Shown piece after piece: positions 10,955-24,168 of a stretch of DNA of 64,000 nucleotides. The notes under the pieces were generated by a model. The model made no database searches and was not told where the DNA came from. It saw nothing but the letters and a program-made list of their open reading frames with translations. The position numbers and the translations under genes were made by a program. The first letter of the stretch is position 1. The number at the start of each line of letters is the position of its first letter. The stretch is from positions 508,686 through 572,685 of the forward strand of contig NMRA01000097.1 of assembly GCA_002633005.1 (NCBI GenBank). The letters run 5' to 3'. Source of the DNA: Phoronis australis. Lineage: Eukaryota > Animalia > Phoronida.

Positions 10955-13900
10955 AGAGTAACATGGGGCAAACCGCCCCTATTAAGCAAAAATCTGTTTG
11001 TCTTCCTCCATAGGTTTCAGAAATACTTCGAAATAACTGCATTTGATTTCGGTTAGATTGATCTACATTATATCACAAACAGATGCCGATATTCTTAATC
11101 CAAAAAATCACAGATCAAAAACTAAAGAATTAAATTTGGCCTTTTGCCCCATGCTCGGGGCAAAACGCCTTTTCACAGGGTGCAAGAGGTCTGGCATGGG
11201 CGTTATGCCCCATATGTGATTGACACAGTACCCCAAGTATGCACACTTAAAATATACTTTCTATAAAAGTTTAAAAATATCAATTTTATGAGTGGTTAAG
11301 TCGTGTTAAGTTGAACAGTAAAATGTCAATCTTTAAGTACTGCATGCTAAGAAGCTGGTGTATTTATAGAAATAAGCACATCATAAGAAATGCACATTAC
11401 TTTATTCAACAAAGCAAAAAATCTAGCTTATCTATCAAATTTATAGCAACACAGTAACAGTCGCTATAATTATTCGCAGATGGGAAACACGAAGATGAGT
11501 AAATCAGGTGTGCAGGTCTCATGTGCCCAGTTGTGGCACTTCTGGCACTGCAGCCACAGTTCCCGAGGTGTTGAGCAACTCTATGACTCTCCGAACACCA
11601 GACACATCTCGTCCTCCTCTCGGGATTTACATTTGCGTGTCTTTTCCTGTGTTTTTTTTTCTTCGCTGACTGGGATGTTTGCCTTTTTTCCTCTAGCTTT
11701 CTCTTTTAGGGTGATGAAGTGACTACAGCCGCTGTTTCTGCCCTCGATGTCGAGTGCCGGGATGAGCTCGGCAATGGCGACAGTTGTCTTATGATGTCTT
11801 CGATTTCCTCTTGCTCAAGAACTCTCTTGTCCTGCAGAACACGTGTGTAGTGACCAACATCGTCACCAATCCTTGTAAATCGTACAATCAGGGACTCCTT
11901 CTCAGGCTTTCCGATTCCGAATTGTGCGATAACAGCGTCGTCAGAATTCAGCACGGTGATGTTATTTTCAATCACTTTGCTTAATGCCGCCAGCTCTAGT
12001 TTTCCTGGCATGCACGTCGGGTCAGCTAAGGCAGCTATGCTTTCTTTCATCGAGTTGTATTGCAGTTCCCTCGGTAGGTCCCCATTGATTACCTCCGTAT
12101 TCAACCCCTCATATTCATCGATGTTCTGGCACAATCATGCAATTCATCACTTTCCCTCTCAGGCCATCAGCTTGGGTAGTCTCTTATAAATCCATGATAG
12201 GATCTAACGGTCGTCCATGCTGATCTCTCTCCGCATTTTGGAGATGCATCTCCATAGAGATTACCAAACTGCAGGAAAGACAGCGTCCATCCCCCGACGT
12301 TTGTATTTCTCTAACCGTCGACGGTATTTCGACGGCGTTCTACGTCAGTGAGTCTGCCAATACCACAGAAGGCGAGCAGCATCTTGTTCTTCCTTCGAGA
12401 TCACCATGAAGGACCCTTCAAAGTCTTCATCTCCAAACACGTTTAGGTCAAAAAGCCATAACCCGCAAGCCAGAAAGCCATTTACGGCTCTCGCAGTCGG
12501 GGACGGCTGTGAGAAGAAATGCTTTGCCTGATAGTGCTGCAGTTTCGTAAATAGTGATTATCCCCCTGTGTTGGCCGTCATCCAGCTGTCAGCCTCTTTA
12601 TTAAAGGCGGCCTTTAAGAATTTGAAGTAACATCTGTCAAGCGGTTGTAATTTGTGGGTGCAGTGCGGTGGAAACTTTATCAGTTATATGCCTTTATCGC
12701 GACAATTGTCGACTGCTTGAAGCGTTTTGTGACAATGGTGCCCGTCTAATAAAATAATGTGAGGACTTTCCTTCGAACAGTTCGTCACTTTATTAAAATG
12801 TTCCAACCATTCACAAAACAGATCTGCATTTGTCCATCCACTGCGACTGGCGCGCCCGATTGACAGTGGAGGAGCATTAATCATTAGCTCTCCTGCATTC
12901 GCTTTCTGGGAAATATATACGTAGGGGGTGCATGTACCGGAAGCACTACATACACAACTCAAGTGACCAATGCTCCTCGTTCACCACTTGTTATTCTCCC
13001 AACCTGACGAACGCCTTTGCAAGCCATTACTTTCCGTGCTTGCTGGACCGTTGTGAAACCTGGTCTCATCCATATTCCAAATCCTTGATGGCAAGTAATT
13101 GTGTTCATTTAGACAATCCTGGAGTAGGCTTTAAAAGCCAGAAACTCGCTGTTTGTTAAACTGCAAAGCCCTGGACATACTTGCGCCGGTGGGTTTTCTC
13201 AAACTGAGGTCGTGTCGCCTGAGGAAAGCCTTAGCCCAGTCTGTTCCTGCCAACTTGGTTGTCGTGTTGAAGGGATGATCAAAGCCGTTTCAGTGACATC
13301 GAAAGCAAGTCTGCGCAAGTCATGCATGTACAGCCCGAACAAACGACGCTGCATTCCCTATACAGTGGCGGATTTAGAGGGGGACCAAGGGGGCCATGGC
13401 CCCCCTAATCTCTCCTAGATTCGATTTGGCAATTCGAGGGTGTGAATTTCTGACGGGCAAAATCCTGGCTAATACTCTGCCCTGCCTCCCCCCCTAACTA
13501 AAAATCCTGGATCCGTCCCTACTCTACGTGTGTTTTAGGCTCTTGTTTGACCCTAACAGGGAAAGATGAGTTGAATGTTTCAAACTTTAATGTGCCCGGT
13601 TCATCCACGCGACTGTCCCGGTGACGCCGGAGGTTTCGGGCCGGGGTTTCGAACTCTTTGCTAGCCCTGAACAGAAGAACTCCTTCAACTACTGCCTTTA
13701 GCGCTGTTTGTAAAAATTCTTCTTTATACTTTCGTACCATCTCTAAAACCAAAATACCGAATATCTGATATCATCAAGATCTTTAAGTCGGTAACATTTA
13801 GATATTCTCTTTAAATTTCTAACAAAACTTGCATCAAACAAAGTTACACAACGTAGGACCTAACCTTTTTACCTATCCCTTCACCCGTTATCGTTACAAA

Positions 13901-14472
13901 TGTGCCAAATAAATGAAAACAGTAATCATATCATTAAATTGCGAAAAGACGGTTTTTTTTTTCTTTAATTCAAGTTACATGTAGTTATTTGAAGGCAGAG
14001 CACACTTCTACTGACAGAATTCTAAGTGTACAGGGCAAAACGCCAACTTCACAGGGACAAAAGGCCCATGTAGCCGTCTTGCCCCACCAGCATGGAGGCC
14101 TTTTACCCCCAGAAAACAGCCATCTAATTTTAACATTATACCGTACAAGAAAGGGAGATAAGTCAAAGTAAATGACTCCAACAACAACTTTATACACTGG
14201 TTTAGCAGCAATTTCATCTGAACTGTCAGTTATTATTAGTAACGCATACGACACTAAAAGTAACGAAGTGTCGTCTTTACTAGAAAACCAACTTAAACAA
14301 AAAGCTTAGCTCATCAACATACCGTTGAAGTCTGAGTTCCAAAAAACCTGTCAGCAGACGATCGTGTGAAACCAGAAGACGTAAACAGCCACGTGGTGCT
14401 TTACGTCTTCTGGTTTCACACGATCGTATCATTCCCGACTTTTGGGTTGTTGGCGTTTGTCCCCGCGTAAGC
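10955..14472 (-). mobile_element. Decayed pogo/Tigger (CENP-B/DDE_1) DNA transposon with OTU and PHD domains
   Basis: Minus-strand fragments: psq-type HTH (MVRKYKEEFLQTALKAVVEG..RASKEF), CENP-B HTH (DWAKAFLRRH.LSLRKP), DDE (WNMDET..; ILLDGH..; FPPHCTHKLQPLD), OTU-like segment, PHD-like WLQCQKCHNWAHETC. Stops and frameshifts throughout. Imperfect TIR-like GGGGCAAA(C/A)CGCC motifs at both ends; boundaries approximate. Confidence 0.88.
13363..13521. mobile_element. GC-rich short non-autonomous element (CAGTGGCGGAT...ATCCGTCCCT) nested in the pogo transposase
   Basis: Short TIRs. A near-identical inverted copy lies at 32569-32726. It interrupts the transposase between its HTH domains. Confidence 0.75.
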
Positions 14473-15983
14473 TTTTTGCACCATGTTATTCTAGAATTAT
14501 TATACCTGCCTGGAAAGTAAGCCACTGGCAACTATTTTAGAGTTATATATCCGAAATTGGTGACTAGAAATGGAAGTGATGTAAGGATCTTAGCCAAACA
14601 AATGCAAACATTCATTGGACCCTCATAACACTAACGCGACCATGATGCTGATGGCACCTGCCTGTTCTCAGTCTAGTTCAGATGTGTTAAAATCAACCTA
14701 GTGAACATTGACTTGGGCAGATGGACAAATCGGTAATCAGCATGCCTCTGTAGCGTTCATAAAGAACTGTTTCTCTGTTCAACATACATGTATGAATAAA
14801 TAAAATAGGTAGGTGTTGGAATGCCGTGCAGTTACCGGCGGTTAAGACGGTAAATTAGTACAAAGTAAAAAGAGGAGCGTCGGTGCTCAACTATATTAAA
14901 CATTTTACAACCTTTCTGGGGCAAGCTTTTTACCAAGGCAGTGACGAACTGCGGATTAAATAGCTATAATATATAAAGTAGAGGTCATCTGCGCTACTTT
15001 ACACATCTATATATTCTGCAGTCTGTTATCTTTCCCTTGATTAAGAGTTACTTCTCGAAACATGGATAATGCTTTGATATACTTTAGTATCGACTCTCGT
15101 CGTTTTATCTATACATGAAATATTTAACATCTGATCGTGTGTAAATTTACGAACAGGAACCTTGTTAAACTATAGCCGCCGACAAGCCAAGCTTGAGTCG
15201 CCCACACACGAGACAACGGTTTCATCCGCCAACTTGGATATGTGTAACTAGGTAGCTTGAACACACCGGTTCATGTACAGTGTACGTTCCCCCAAAAAAT
15301 GGACAGGAGAGTAAGAGATGTTGAACTCCATTGTTCCTTTTAGTATGACATTTTAAATACCTTCACCATTAACAAAAGCTCAGATTTATTCACGAAAAGC
15401 TCTCGTGAACGGGTTTTGAGTGTTTCTAAAATTGCTAAAGGAGTTTACTATGAGGTACTTTTCAAGGCCAGCTACGTAAGTCGACAACAGAGTCAGTATT
15501 CAATAAAAATTTTTCTTCCCACAAAAGCAAAGTGTTACACCCATTCCAATAATTACAAATCCTTGCTATTGCCAATCATCCCTGCGTCGGCTGAACAGCG
15601 AACGCCGGGTTTGAGGATTAAAAAACTCCTTTGTCCAAACAACCCAAACTATTCACTGACTCCCGAGTGTATTATGAAGTGTTGTTTTCGCCATACACTC
15701 GCTCTATGGTATTTTAACAGACATATACATTTGAAGGTGGGGTCCTTTAGAGCGCAATGTAATAACCTGCTTGTTTATTCTAGTTTACAACAAGCAAAGG
15801 CGCAGCCGCTGCGCTTTCACAACTTGAAAGCGTGGTCTAATGTATTGCAAGAGGTGGCGGCTAGATCTGACATATGTTGAAGTATTTTGACTCTTGACTC
15901 TTTGGTGTGAGCTGTCATCTCTGCTGTCGTTCACTTAAAGCAAGCAGCTAAGCTGGCAGCTATCCATCTCCGTTGTCCCTTAC

Positions 15984-16066
15984 GTAAATAAGGCCATCAC
16001 TTTTGCCTTTTATACCAGTCCACTCGTATTGCCTCACGTTGAATCTGGATAGTTTCGGACAAGTTC
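15984..16066 (-). CDS. Exon: N-terminal part of CTHRC1-C-like domain 2 (GTCPKLSRFNVRQYEWTGIKGKSDGLIY)
   Basis: Acceptor tcactttag|, donor TAC|gtaagg, 83 bp, phase 1 to 0. The NVRQYEW..DG motif parallels the exons at 36620 and 4966. Confidence 0.75.
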
Positions 16067-19000
16067 CTAAAGTGAAAGATCACCTTCGTTATTTGCTGAG
16101 GAATTAAGTTGTGCGGAAACGTTACTCTACTTAAGTATATTGTCGGTTGCCAAATACATTTTAAAAGCAAATCCAAATATAAATAATTTTCTAAGCACAC
16201 ATAGACATGCACCTCAGGTAGGGGGATAGGTTGGAACGAGGAGGGGAGACCATTCAGGGCGTGAATAATGAAGGTCAGGACGAGGGTAGGGGGAGTAGCA
16301 GAGAAGCGGCTGCAGGAGGGAGAACGGGTGGTAAGAACAAATGGTAAGTTTTCGGCGGACGGATCGATGGTGAGACAAATGCGAATTACGAAGGCCTTGG
16401 AGACAACTACATGGAATATAAAATTGTCCGTAAGCTTTGTTTCGAGTACGACGAAGGACCAGTATACTTGCAGCCCAGATAATTCAATGTAAATGAACGA
16501 GGTAAACATGCCAACGTCTGACCACAGCACACTTAGATTTCACCACACTACGTGTGGAAATGAATGAATGCCGGAGTCTGCACTCTGGATATGACCTTGT
16601 GACCACAAATTGAGGTAGACCAGATTGTGTATTGCAGGGTTGTAATCTTGACAAACTGAATAGTTTTAATACAGGCTTTTTGGTAGTATCTGCAAATCCT
16701 TGAAATGTTGACGGATGCAGTATTCCCGATTGAGTTCATAATTTGCATGTTGCCTTGCACCATAGTATAGGTAGTTATGCCGCAATGTTGCTGAAGGCTC
16801 GGTTTTTTTTTCGTTTATCATGAGAAACTTGACGTGAGAGGAACTAAAAGACGAGCAAAATGAATTTCACATCATCTGATGTTAAACTAGATAATTAGCT
16901 TTAAAAAGCAGTTGGTTATTGCAAATAACTGTATTTTGTGCAAGTAAATATTTTTCAACTACTTTTTTGTTTTTCTTTGTTGACTTACCGTTGCTTTAGT
17001 GAGGGCAGTAAAGTGGGGTACACAAAAACGCGAATTCTGTCCAAGTTCAAAGAATTACTTTTAGAAAACACCGAGAGTAACGTATAAAACATTATCATTG
17101 TTCTAGATTTGGACTTTGTTCTTTCATTTCATCCATAGTTTAATTTGGCAAAACATAATTGCTCCTCACAATTTTGAAATCATCGGTCCTTGTCAGCTTT
17201 CGAAAACGTCCTTCAGGCGTCGCTAGTAATTGGTCATAAGACGCTATTTTTGCCAAGATCTTACTTTGCACTTTGATGTAACAGGTCAATGTCACTGGAC
17301 GCAATTAATGGATAACATGACAGGGTGAAAGAGTTTGCTATATCGGCTCACATCTCAGAGATTAGAAAACATCAAAATGGCGGGATCGGAGAACATCAGA
17401 TGTTCATTCGCAGGACGATCCAGCTGTAAGTGCTCATCAGCCGGCGACGAATTTCCTGTTGCCGGTTAAGACTTCTAAAAATAATACGGCGAGCCATATG
17501 GGAGAAATTAATGTGACTGAAGACGTTGGAGAATATCATTTGTTAATCAACAGAACAGTAATCGAGCAACGTTCCTTAACTATTTATAGTTATAAAGTCA
17601 GACGAGCTCACAGCCTCACACCGGTTCGATTGTTTGAGGTTTCTGTCGAAGAAAACACTGCTGTTGTCCAGGTCATCATGGTCAACGTGGTGCAAGCATC
17701 CAAGTCGAGCAGACCGGTGAGCCTGAAGTTCTCGAGTGAAGTGAAGTGTTTTATAATCGCGATCTTATAGGCGCAGGTGAAAAATCTGACAGCTAAAGCA
17801 TTACTAGTAATTATGATTATACTTCTGGCATAATCAATAGTGAGTGTTTCAAGGGGACCGTGGTCCCCTGTTCTTTACAAAATGAATTTTCCACCAGTGG
17901 CAAATCATTTCAATTTTGCGTTTACCTTCCCCGCCCCTTATTTGCAAAGTTCAGCCACTCATTTCTCCCCAACCCCAGCGGCGTTAGTCAACAACAGTTG
18001 CCTAAAAAGGTGGAATTCTTTGTTGAAAATTGATAATCTTACTCTACACTTGAAAAGTATTCAAAAATATCTTTTAGTCATGGCGGCTCACAACGCATCG
18101 CTCTAGCTACTCTGAATGACAGTGCCTTCCACTTGCACTCAGTTGTCATGAAGGGGAATCCCTTGCTATTTTACAGTTTTGATGTGTACCAATGCCATAA
18201 TCTCTAGGCTTGCGGTAGACTTTTAAGGCTTTTAGCCAAAATTGCTACAGCATCTGAAAACTTTTAGTCAGTTTCAAAACGTATTAGTCAAATACTCTCT
18301 CTTTTTCTAAGCCCCGCAATTCATAAAAGTACTAATAAGGACCTACACATGGACCACAAAGCAATATGGGGGTTATAGCCCCCCACTTTTGTCAGTGATG
18401 GGCCGCCGATGTTACATTGACCGACTTTTTTATTTGTCATCTTATGCACAGGTCCATTTTACAATGTGCTATCGGATAAGACGTTTGCCTGATGAAAAAA
18501 CAAATGATAAACGTTCCAAGGTCGTATAGCAGCCTAATAAGATGGAGGGAATGCCAGGCTACATGGGTTTTGCTATGACCTACCGGTAGTACATTTGGGC
18601 AGAGGTTTTCCTCGACCCGAGTGGGTATGCTGGGCACATCAGCATTTCAAAGATGTTTTCCTTTACATATTGGGCAGGGGTTCCCTCTATCCTCGGGTTA
18701 CGACGTGAGTAAACCGGTCTCATGGGCATCTCAATGATGTTGTAAAAAAACATTGGGTAGGGATTCCCGCTATCGCCGGGTTTCGGTTGGCATTTTGATG
18801 AGCAAGACATTTGTGTCCAAAAACGTTAAACAAACATTGTGGCTAGCAAGATAAAGCTAAATGGTGAAGAGTAGGTTATAGAAAACTCATAAAATAATGA
18901 ACTGATATTTACTTTATTCCATGCATTCTTTTGGCAGCCAAATTTCAAACTTCATACACTGGCGCGCGACATATAGCGAACTGACTAGATATGTCATGTG

Positions 19001-22000
19001 ACGTATTTTCATTTAAAAAAGATAACACACTCGTTCTAATCGCGTGGTCTGCGAGTTTTACTCCATTGAAAGAACATCTATCAAGGTCAACTCTCAAACA
19101 ATATTAGGAACTACAAATTATGTACTAAAATTGGTAATGGGTTAGGAGAGGCTCACATAATTTGAAAATTATGATTTTATACCTTGTGTTCACATTGAAT
19201 GTTTCAGACAGCTCAACTAGGAACAGTTTTATCCCCTGGGTAATTAATGCCGTCGCACCGGCTCACCCCATGTCGCCAGTGTAAAAAGGTTTTAGGAGAC
19301 TCGGTCACGTTTGTCGGAAAAAAAGTCTTCTAGTCGTATTTGACAGTTTCACTTGCAGACGACAAGTGGCAGCAACTACACAAGATCTCGCTTTGAAGCG
19401 AGAAATCACATTACCAAGACCACAGACACCCCTACACAGCTGAACACTTTGATGTGGTAAAAAGTGATTTCAGGGGCATTGGTGGACATGAAATGGTACA
19501 TGTACTTCCCTTGCTATTTTTTGGACTGGGAATCGAAGTAACACTACTTGATTCGATCTGCCTGTGATTCGACACTCGCTCATGTTTCCCTGTCAATTTG
19601 GTAAGCATTCGCCAAGTTGGTGAACGGACTCTTGCCGTCGTCCGTGCTGCACTGAATTTGCCAAACGCGAGCGGCTACCACAAGCCTAGAGTCTGTACCC
19701 CAATACGTTGTTGTAGGCTTGTATCCCTTTCGTTCTTGAATTACAAGGAATACTGAGGTGCTGGAAATCTTACGGAAATGAGAATCTCATGTTTCCCGCC
19801 TTCCTGTCAGTGCTAACCCCCCAGTTGTCAAATTGACTACACTAGAAGAAACCTGGGGGACATGTTCTCCAAAACCTTTGGTGCAAGATGGCTCAAGGTC
19901 ACAACTGTTTGTGTGGAAGGACCCCGATTTTCTTTTGGCTCCAAGACAGAGCTGAATTCCCAGACCGAAGAAGCAATTTGGCAATTAAGCAGTGTATGAC
20001 GGCGTCATATAAAAATGGACTGCAACAATTTCTTGATATACATGTACAACAAAAGATAAACAATTTTTCGCATACACTGTATGTCAGCTATCTAGACATG
20101 TTACGCTATTTTACCTACTCTTTGGAAAATGACAGGCACAAATATGCAAGCTTCTTTTTTTAATTGCTGAAGCCATCATGACAGGTTATGTAATAAGCTG
20201 TTTTAGCCTACTGCAGTCCTGTGATTAATTTCTCATCGAGGCTGGGACACGTAAGGTCAAACAAATATATTTTGAAACTAAGTCTAGGATACTTGTTTGA
20301 TTCACTTACGCTGCGTAGAATGTCATGGCTGAAGATCGCTTGAGGATTCTTACTAAGCATTCCCAAAATACGATTTCAATCCCAAGAGTAATTTCACCAG
20401 TTTAAAGCGCATGCTGACAATGACCAGTTGTATTGATTTCAACGGCTCTTTGATGGATCGCTAAATATTGCTGTACCTAGTTTTAACAATCGTTATCGTA
20501 AAGTCGAAAATAAAGTATCAAACTTTGGACAAAATGAATTTATCCATGGTCTTTAAAAATCACTTTTCTTGATTTTCCATAAGTTCCAGCAAATAAAATC
20601 TTCAGCACCCTACGTGTAAGACACAGACAAAAACATGCAGCAAGTCTAATCCGTTTTTCTCACGGAAGTTAAGAATTTTTTGTTTTACCATATCGCCGAA
20701 CATACGTATGCTCATGCATCCAAGAAACAGAAACATGTTACCGTTTAAATGCCTAAATGAAACAGTAGTAGTGAGAACACAGGGTCCTGGTAACATTGAG
20801 GTGGGGGAACATAGGGCTAGGATAATTCCGGTACCACAGAACAGCGAGAGTACCAAAACCAAACCTACGTATACCACCGACTCAGAAAAAATATTCCCAA
20901 GAGAAGACCTGCATAAGCAATCAAAGCCGATATGTACATGTATTTGGTTCGGTTCTCAAATAATACACAGTTTACAGTTACAATATGTTTAAGGACTGCG
21001 ACGTAGAAAACTACCGATGCGGCTTTTATAAAATCTCCACGTCTCGGTCCCTAGGTAAAGTTTTCCACATGCAGTAGGCCAGCAGGTTAACCAATGGAAA
21101 CCTCTTCCATATTTGAGCTGAAACTGGGCTAAATTGAACAGCAGTGCCACGACGGCGAAGGAAATTGTAGAACCTCATTGAGCGCGACCTCCGGCGTCAC
21201 GAGATTTTGCCGTTATTTCTGATTTCAAATTAGCATGTCAATAGGCCAGTTTCTCACTAAAGGTGTGAACTTGATAAATTATTCAATGTACCAGAGAGCG
21301 ACACCTTCATAAAACACCGTATTCTCTTGCTTAAAGTCCTGCTCTCAAACTGCCCATGTGGTTCCAGTATGCGAAAATACTTACTACATCTTATTTTCGA
21401 CACCCTTTCTTTATATTCTTCTCGCCTTTCTTGCCAAAAGCGATTTTTAACAGTATTTGACCCATCTCTGTGAGCGTATAATTACTGGCTGTCATCGGTT
21501 ATTTCCGTACCCACATTTCCGGTTCATCAGTTCAGGAACTTGTCCTGAAAGCCGCCATTTTTCCTTGTAGCTGAATGTGCTATCGCTTGCTCGAAAAGTC
21601 TTCATTATTTTGTTTTATTAGTAATACCTCGTGATTCGTTTGCATATGTAGTGTATTTTTTAGTTTGTAGTTAGTGGTCGTTGATTTTTTTGGAATGTTA
21701 CGCGTACTTATTATTTAAAAATAGCATTGGTGTTTTGTTCCTTACGTAGGCTGGTCGAACCTAGGAACCAATATGGGTCGAACCAATTTTATTCGTTTTG
21801 ATTTATCTTTCTCTTTTTGAAAAAGTACTTTGCTATCATCGGAAAGTCAGTGCATTCTACTCAGTAAAAACAGAAAAAGTATCAAATAGGGGAAAGTAGT
21901 GTAAAGTTATTGCAAGTTTTGTGGCGAAATTTGGGTCACTTTGTTTGGATCGCGTCGGCCATATTGGAGGACAGCGGGATAAATTACGATTTATGTAAAT

Positions 22001-24000
22001 TGTTTTCGCCAACAAATTACGGTGAAATTTACTTAGACATATCTTTGCTTACTATTCTGCACGACTCAACAGTGTTCACCAAATTTCAGCCTCGCAGTTG
22101 TTACTTATTAAGAGATAAATGTGCTAACAATTCCCGTTGGACTTCGTCTCATTTCTGGCGGCACCCACAACATGGCGAGTTTTGCTGAACTGAAAGGCAT
22201 GTTCAATCGGCTACTTTGTAATTTGTTAAGATTTAATGTTGATACATTTTGACAAACGTTGCTACAAAACAGGAACTTTGTTCAATTTTTGTGATTTTTG
22301 TGCAAAATATAAGATATATTCGAATTATTTTACTGTGAATGTCCCATTCAGGTGATCTTACACTAAGCTAAAAAAATAGTTGAAATAATTTTGAAATGGT
22401 TTTTCATTTGACTGTCAACTGCTGTTCAAGGCTTGATTTGGTGTCTAAATTTTACGCCTCAATTGCTTTCAAGTCATGTTTTGTAGCTTATTGCTTCTTA
22501 ATCCAGGTTATCAAGTCAACAAAATGAATAATCTTAACTTGAGAAATAAGCTATGTTGGATTGTGAAGCTTTAAGCCTATAATTCTTGTTCCTTGTAACT
22601 TCATATTTTTTTAATCATGCTTGTCAAATTCTGGTGTAAGGAAACACTATTTGGGCTCATTCGAATGAGCCCCCCCCCCCATTTGGCGAAGTGGGCTAAA
22701 AGGCCAGCCACCGGGAAACAAAAAGCCCGAGAAAATGGGAGAAAAGTCCAGTAAAGAAGCGCAAACGCGAAATTCTCAGTTGTGCCCCCCTTTTTTTTCT
22801 TAGTCCGCCCACTCTTTTTTTAGCAAAAGTCCCACATCGCCAGGAATTCGAGCCCCCCATATTGAAGGCTGGGTGCGCGCATGTGTGGAATAGTGTTTGT
22901 AATGCTAGATGTTGTAAAGTACTGTACATTTTAAGTTACTTATTATGTTAAAAGTTTGCCTCATTTTGGGTTAATGAATAAAAAATGATAACATTTGTAT
23001 TGGACTTGTCATACTTATGTGCTCGAACGAGCCCCCTTTGGAGAAATGGAAAAAGGTCTGCCTCAATCAGAGAAGCACGAACTCCGAAAAAAGTAGAAAG
23101 CGAGACGAAATATTCCACTAGAAGATAGGAAGTACCAAAATTTAGCGTCTGCAATTCATAACTCTTAACATACCCAGTGAATCTTATGGTAAAAGATAGA
23201 CATTCCCAAAAATTCCAGCCCCCATTTTTTAAGCTTGGTGCGCTCATACAAAGTCTGGGAAAATCTCTGTTGAAAACCAACAACTTTGCACAGTTCGCCA
23301 GAAGTACCCAAGTTCTAAATAAACCTCGTTTGAGCGAGAGCTGTGGCCAGCGACCAGGTAGGCCTAAGGGTAGCCTTGGCCCAAAGCTGCAGGGGTCTGC
23401 TAACAAGCTAGCTGTCTTTTGGCGGTAGTCTTCATACTGAAGAGCTGGCACTGAGGCTAGCTAAGGGCTGCCGCGGCAGTGTGACACAGGATTAACCAGC
23501 CCGTAATTTTATGCAAGTGTCTGAAACTACCTTTGAATATATAAGGCATTTATGATTTGAACATTTTACTTCGACAAAACAGCTTGCAACCGCATGCCTT
23601 TACCGTTCGCCTGCGTCTTGTCTCGATCCGCACCGTGTCCAATAGCCTGCGGTCCCGAAGCCGGCAAAATAATTTCTGTCAAAATTTATTCGCCACATTT
23701 CTTCAGCAAATTCGATAAAAATGTCCATATTTTGATTTTATTAAAAATTAAGGCGCGCTGTCCATTATTTTATCCCCGTTTGAAGGCTGGTAACAGGCAC
23801 TCGCACTGACGGTGTTTTCTTAGCCTGGGTCCCTGAATGAATTGTACTTCCGGGTTCGCAGCAAGTTCAAAATGGCGATGGTCCTTCGGGTGTTCAGAAA
23901 TGCATGCATAAAGCATCACGCTAAATCAAGTACATCGGTATAATGCACAGTTCATATAAACGCATTTTGACAATCAAAGCTGTTCTTAAACGTTCCTTAC

Positions 24001-24168
24001 CTGGGCAATACCCCCATGTCTGGTCGCTGTCGTAATTTGAGGTGGTCGCACACCACAAATGATTGGGATCATTCTCAATGCAGGAACTGTACGACAAGCC
24101 CTTGTAAACGAACGGGAACGTGCACGGTGTACCTGCAGCGTTACCGCCATAAGTAGGCAGGTCGGTAT
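24001..24168 (-). CDS. Exon: fibronectin type II (FN2) domain
   Basis: TYGGNAAGTPCTFPFVYKGLSYSSCIENDPNHLWCATTSNYDSDQTWGYCP is a canonical FN2 pattern. 168 bp symmetric phase 1-1 exon, acceptor ccacag|, donor |gtaagg. Confidence 0.93.

Noticed and set aside
19888-20000. hAT dimerisation-domain remnant (FWLQDRAEFP..NLAIK)
   Set aside because: Only a few residues match, with no supporting flanking motifs or TIRs.
21030-21116. Candidate CTHRC1-like first exon (..YCMWKTLPRDRD..)
   Set aside because: No good donor before the stop codon, and a better phase-correct exon exists at 15984-16066.
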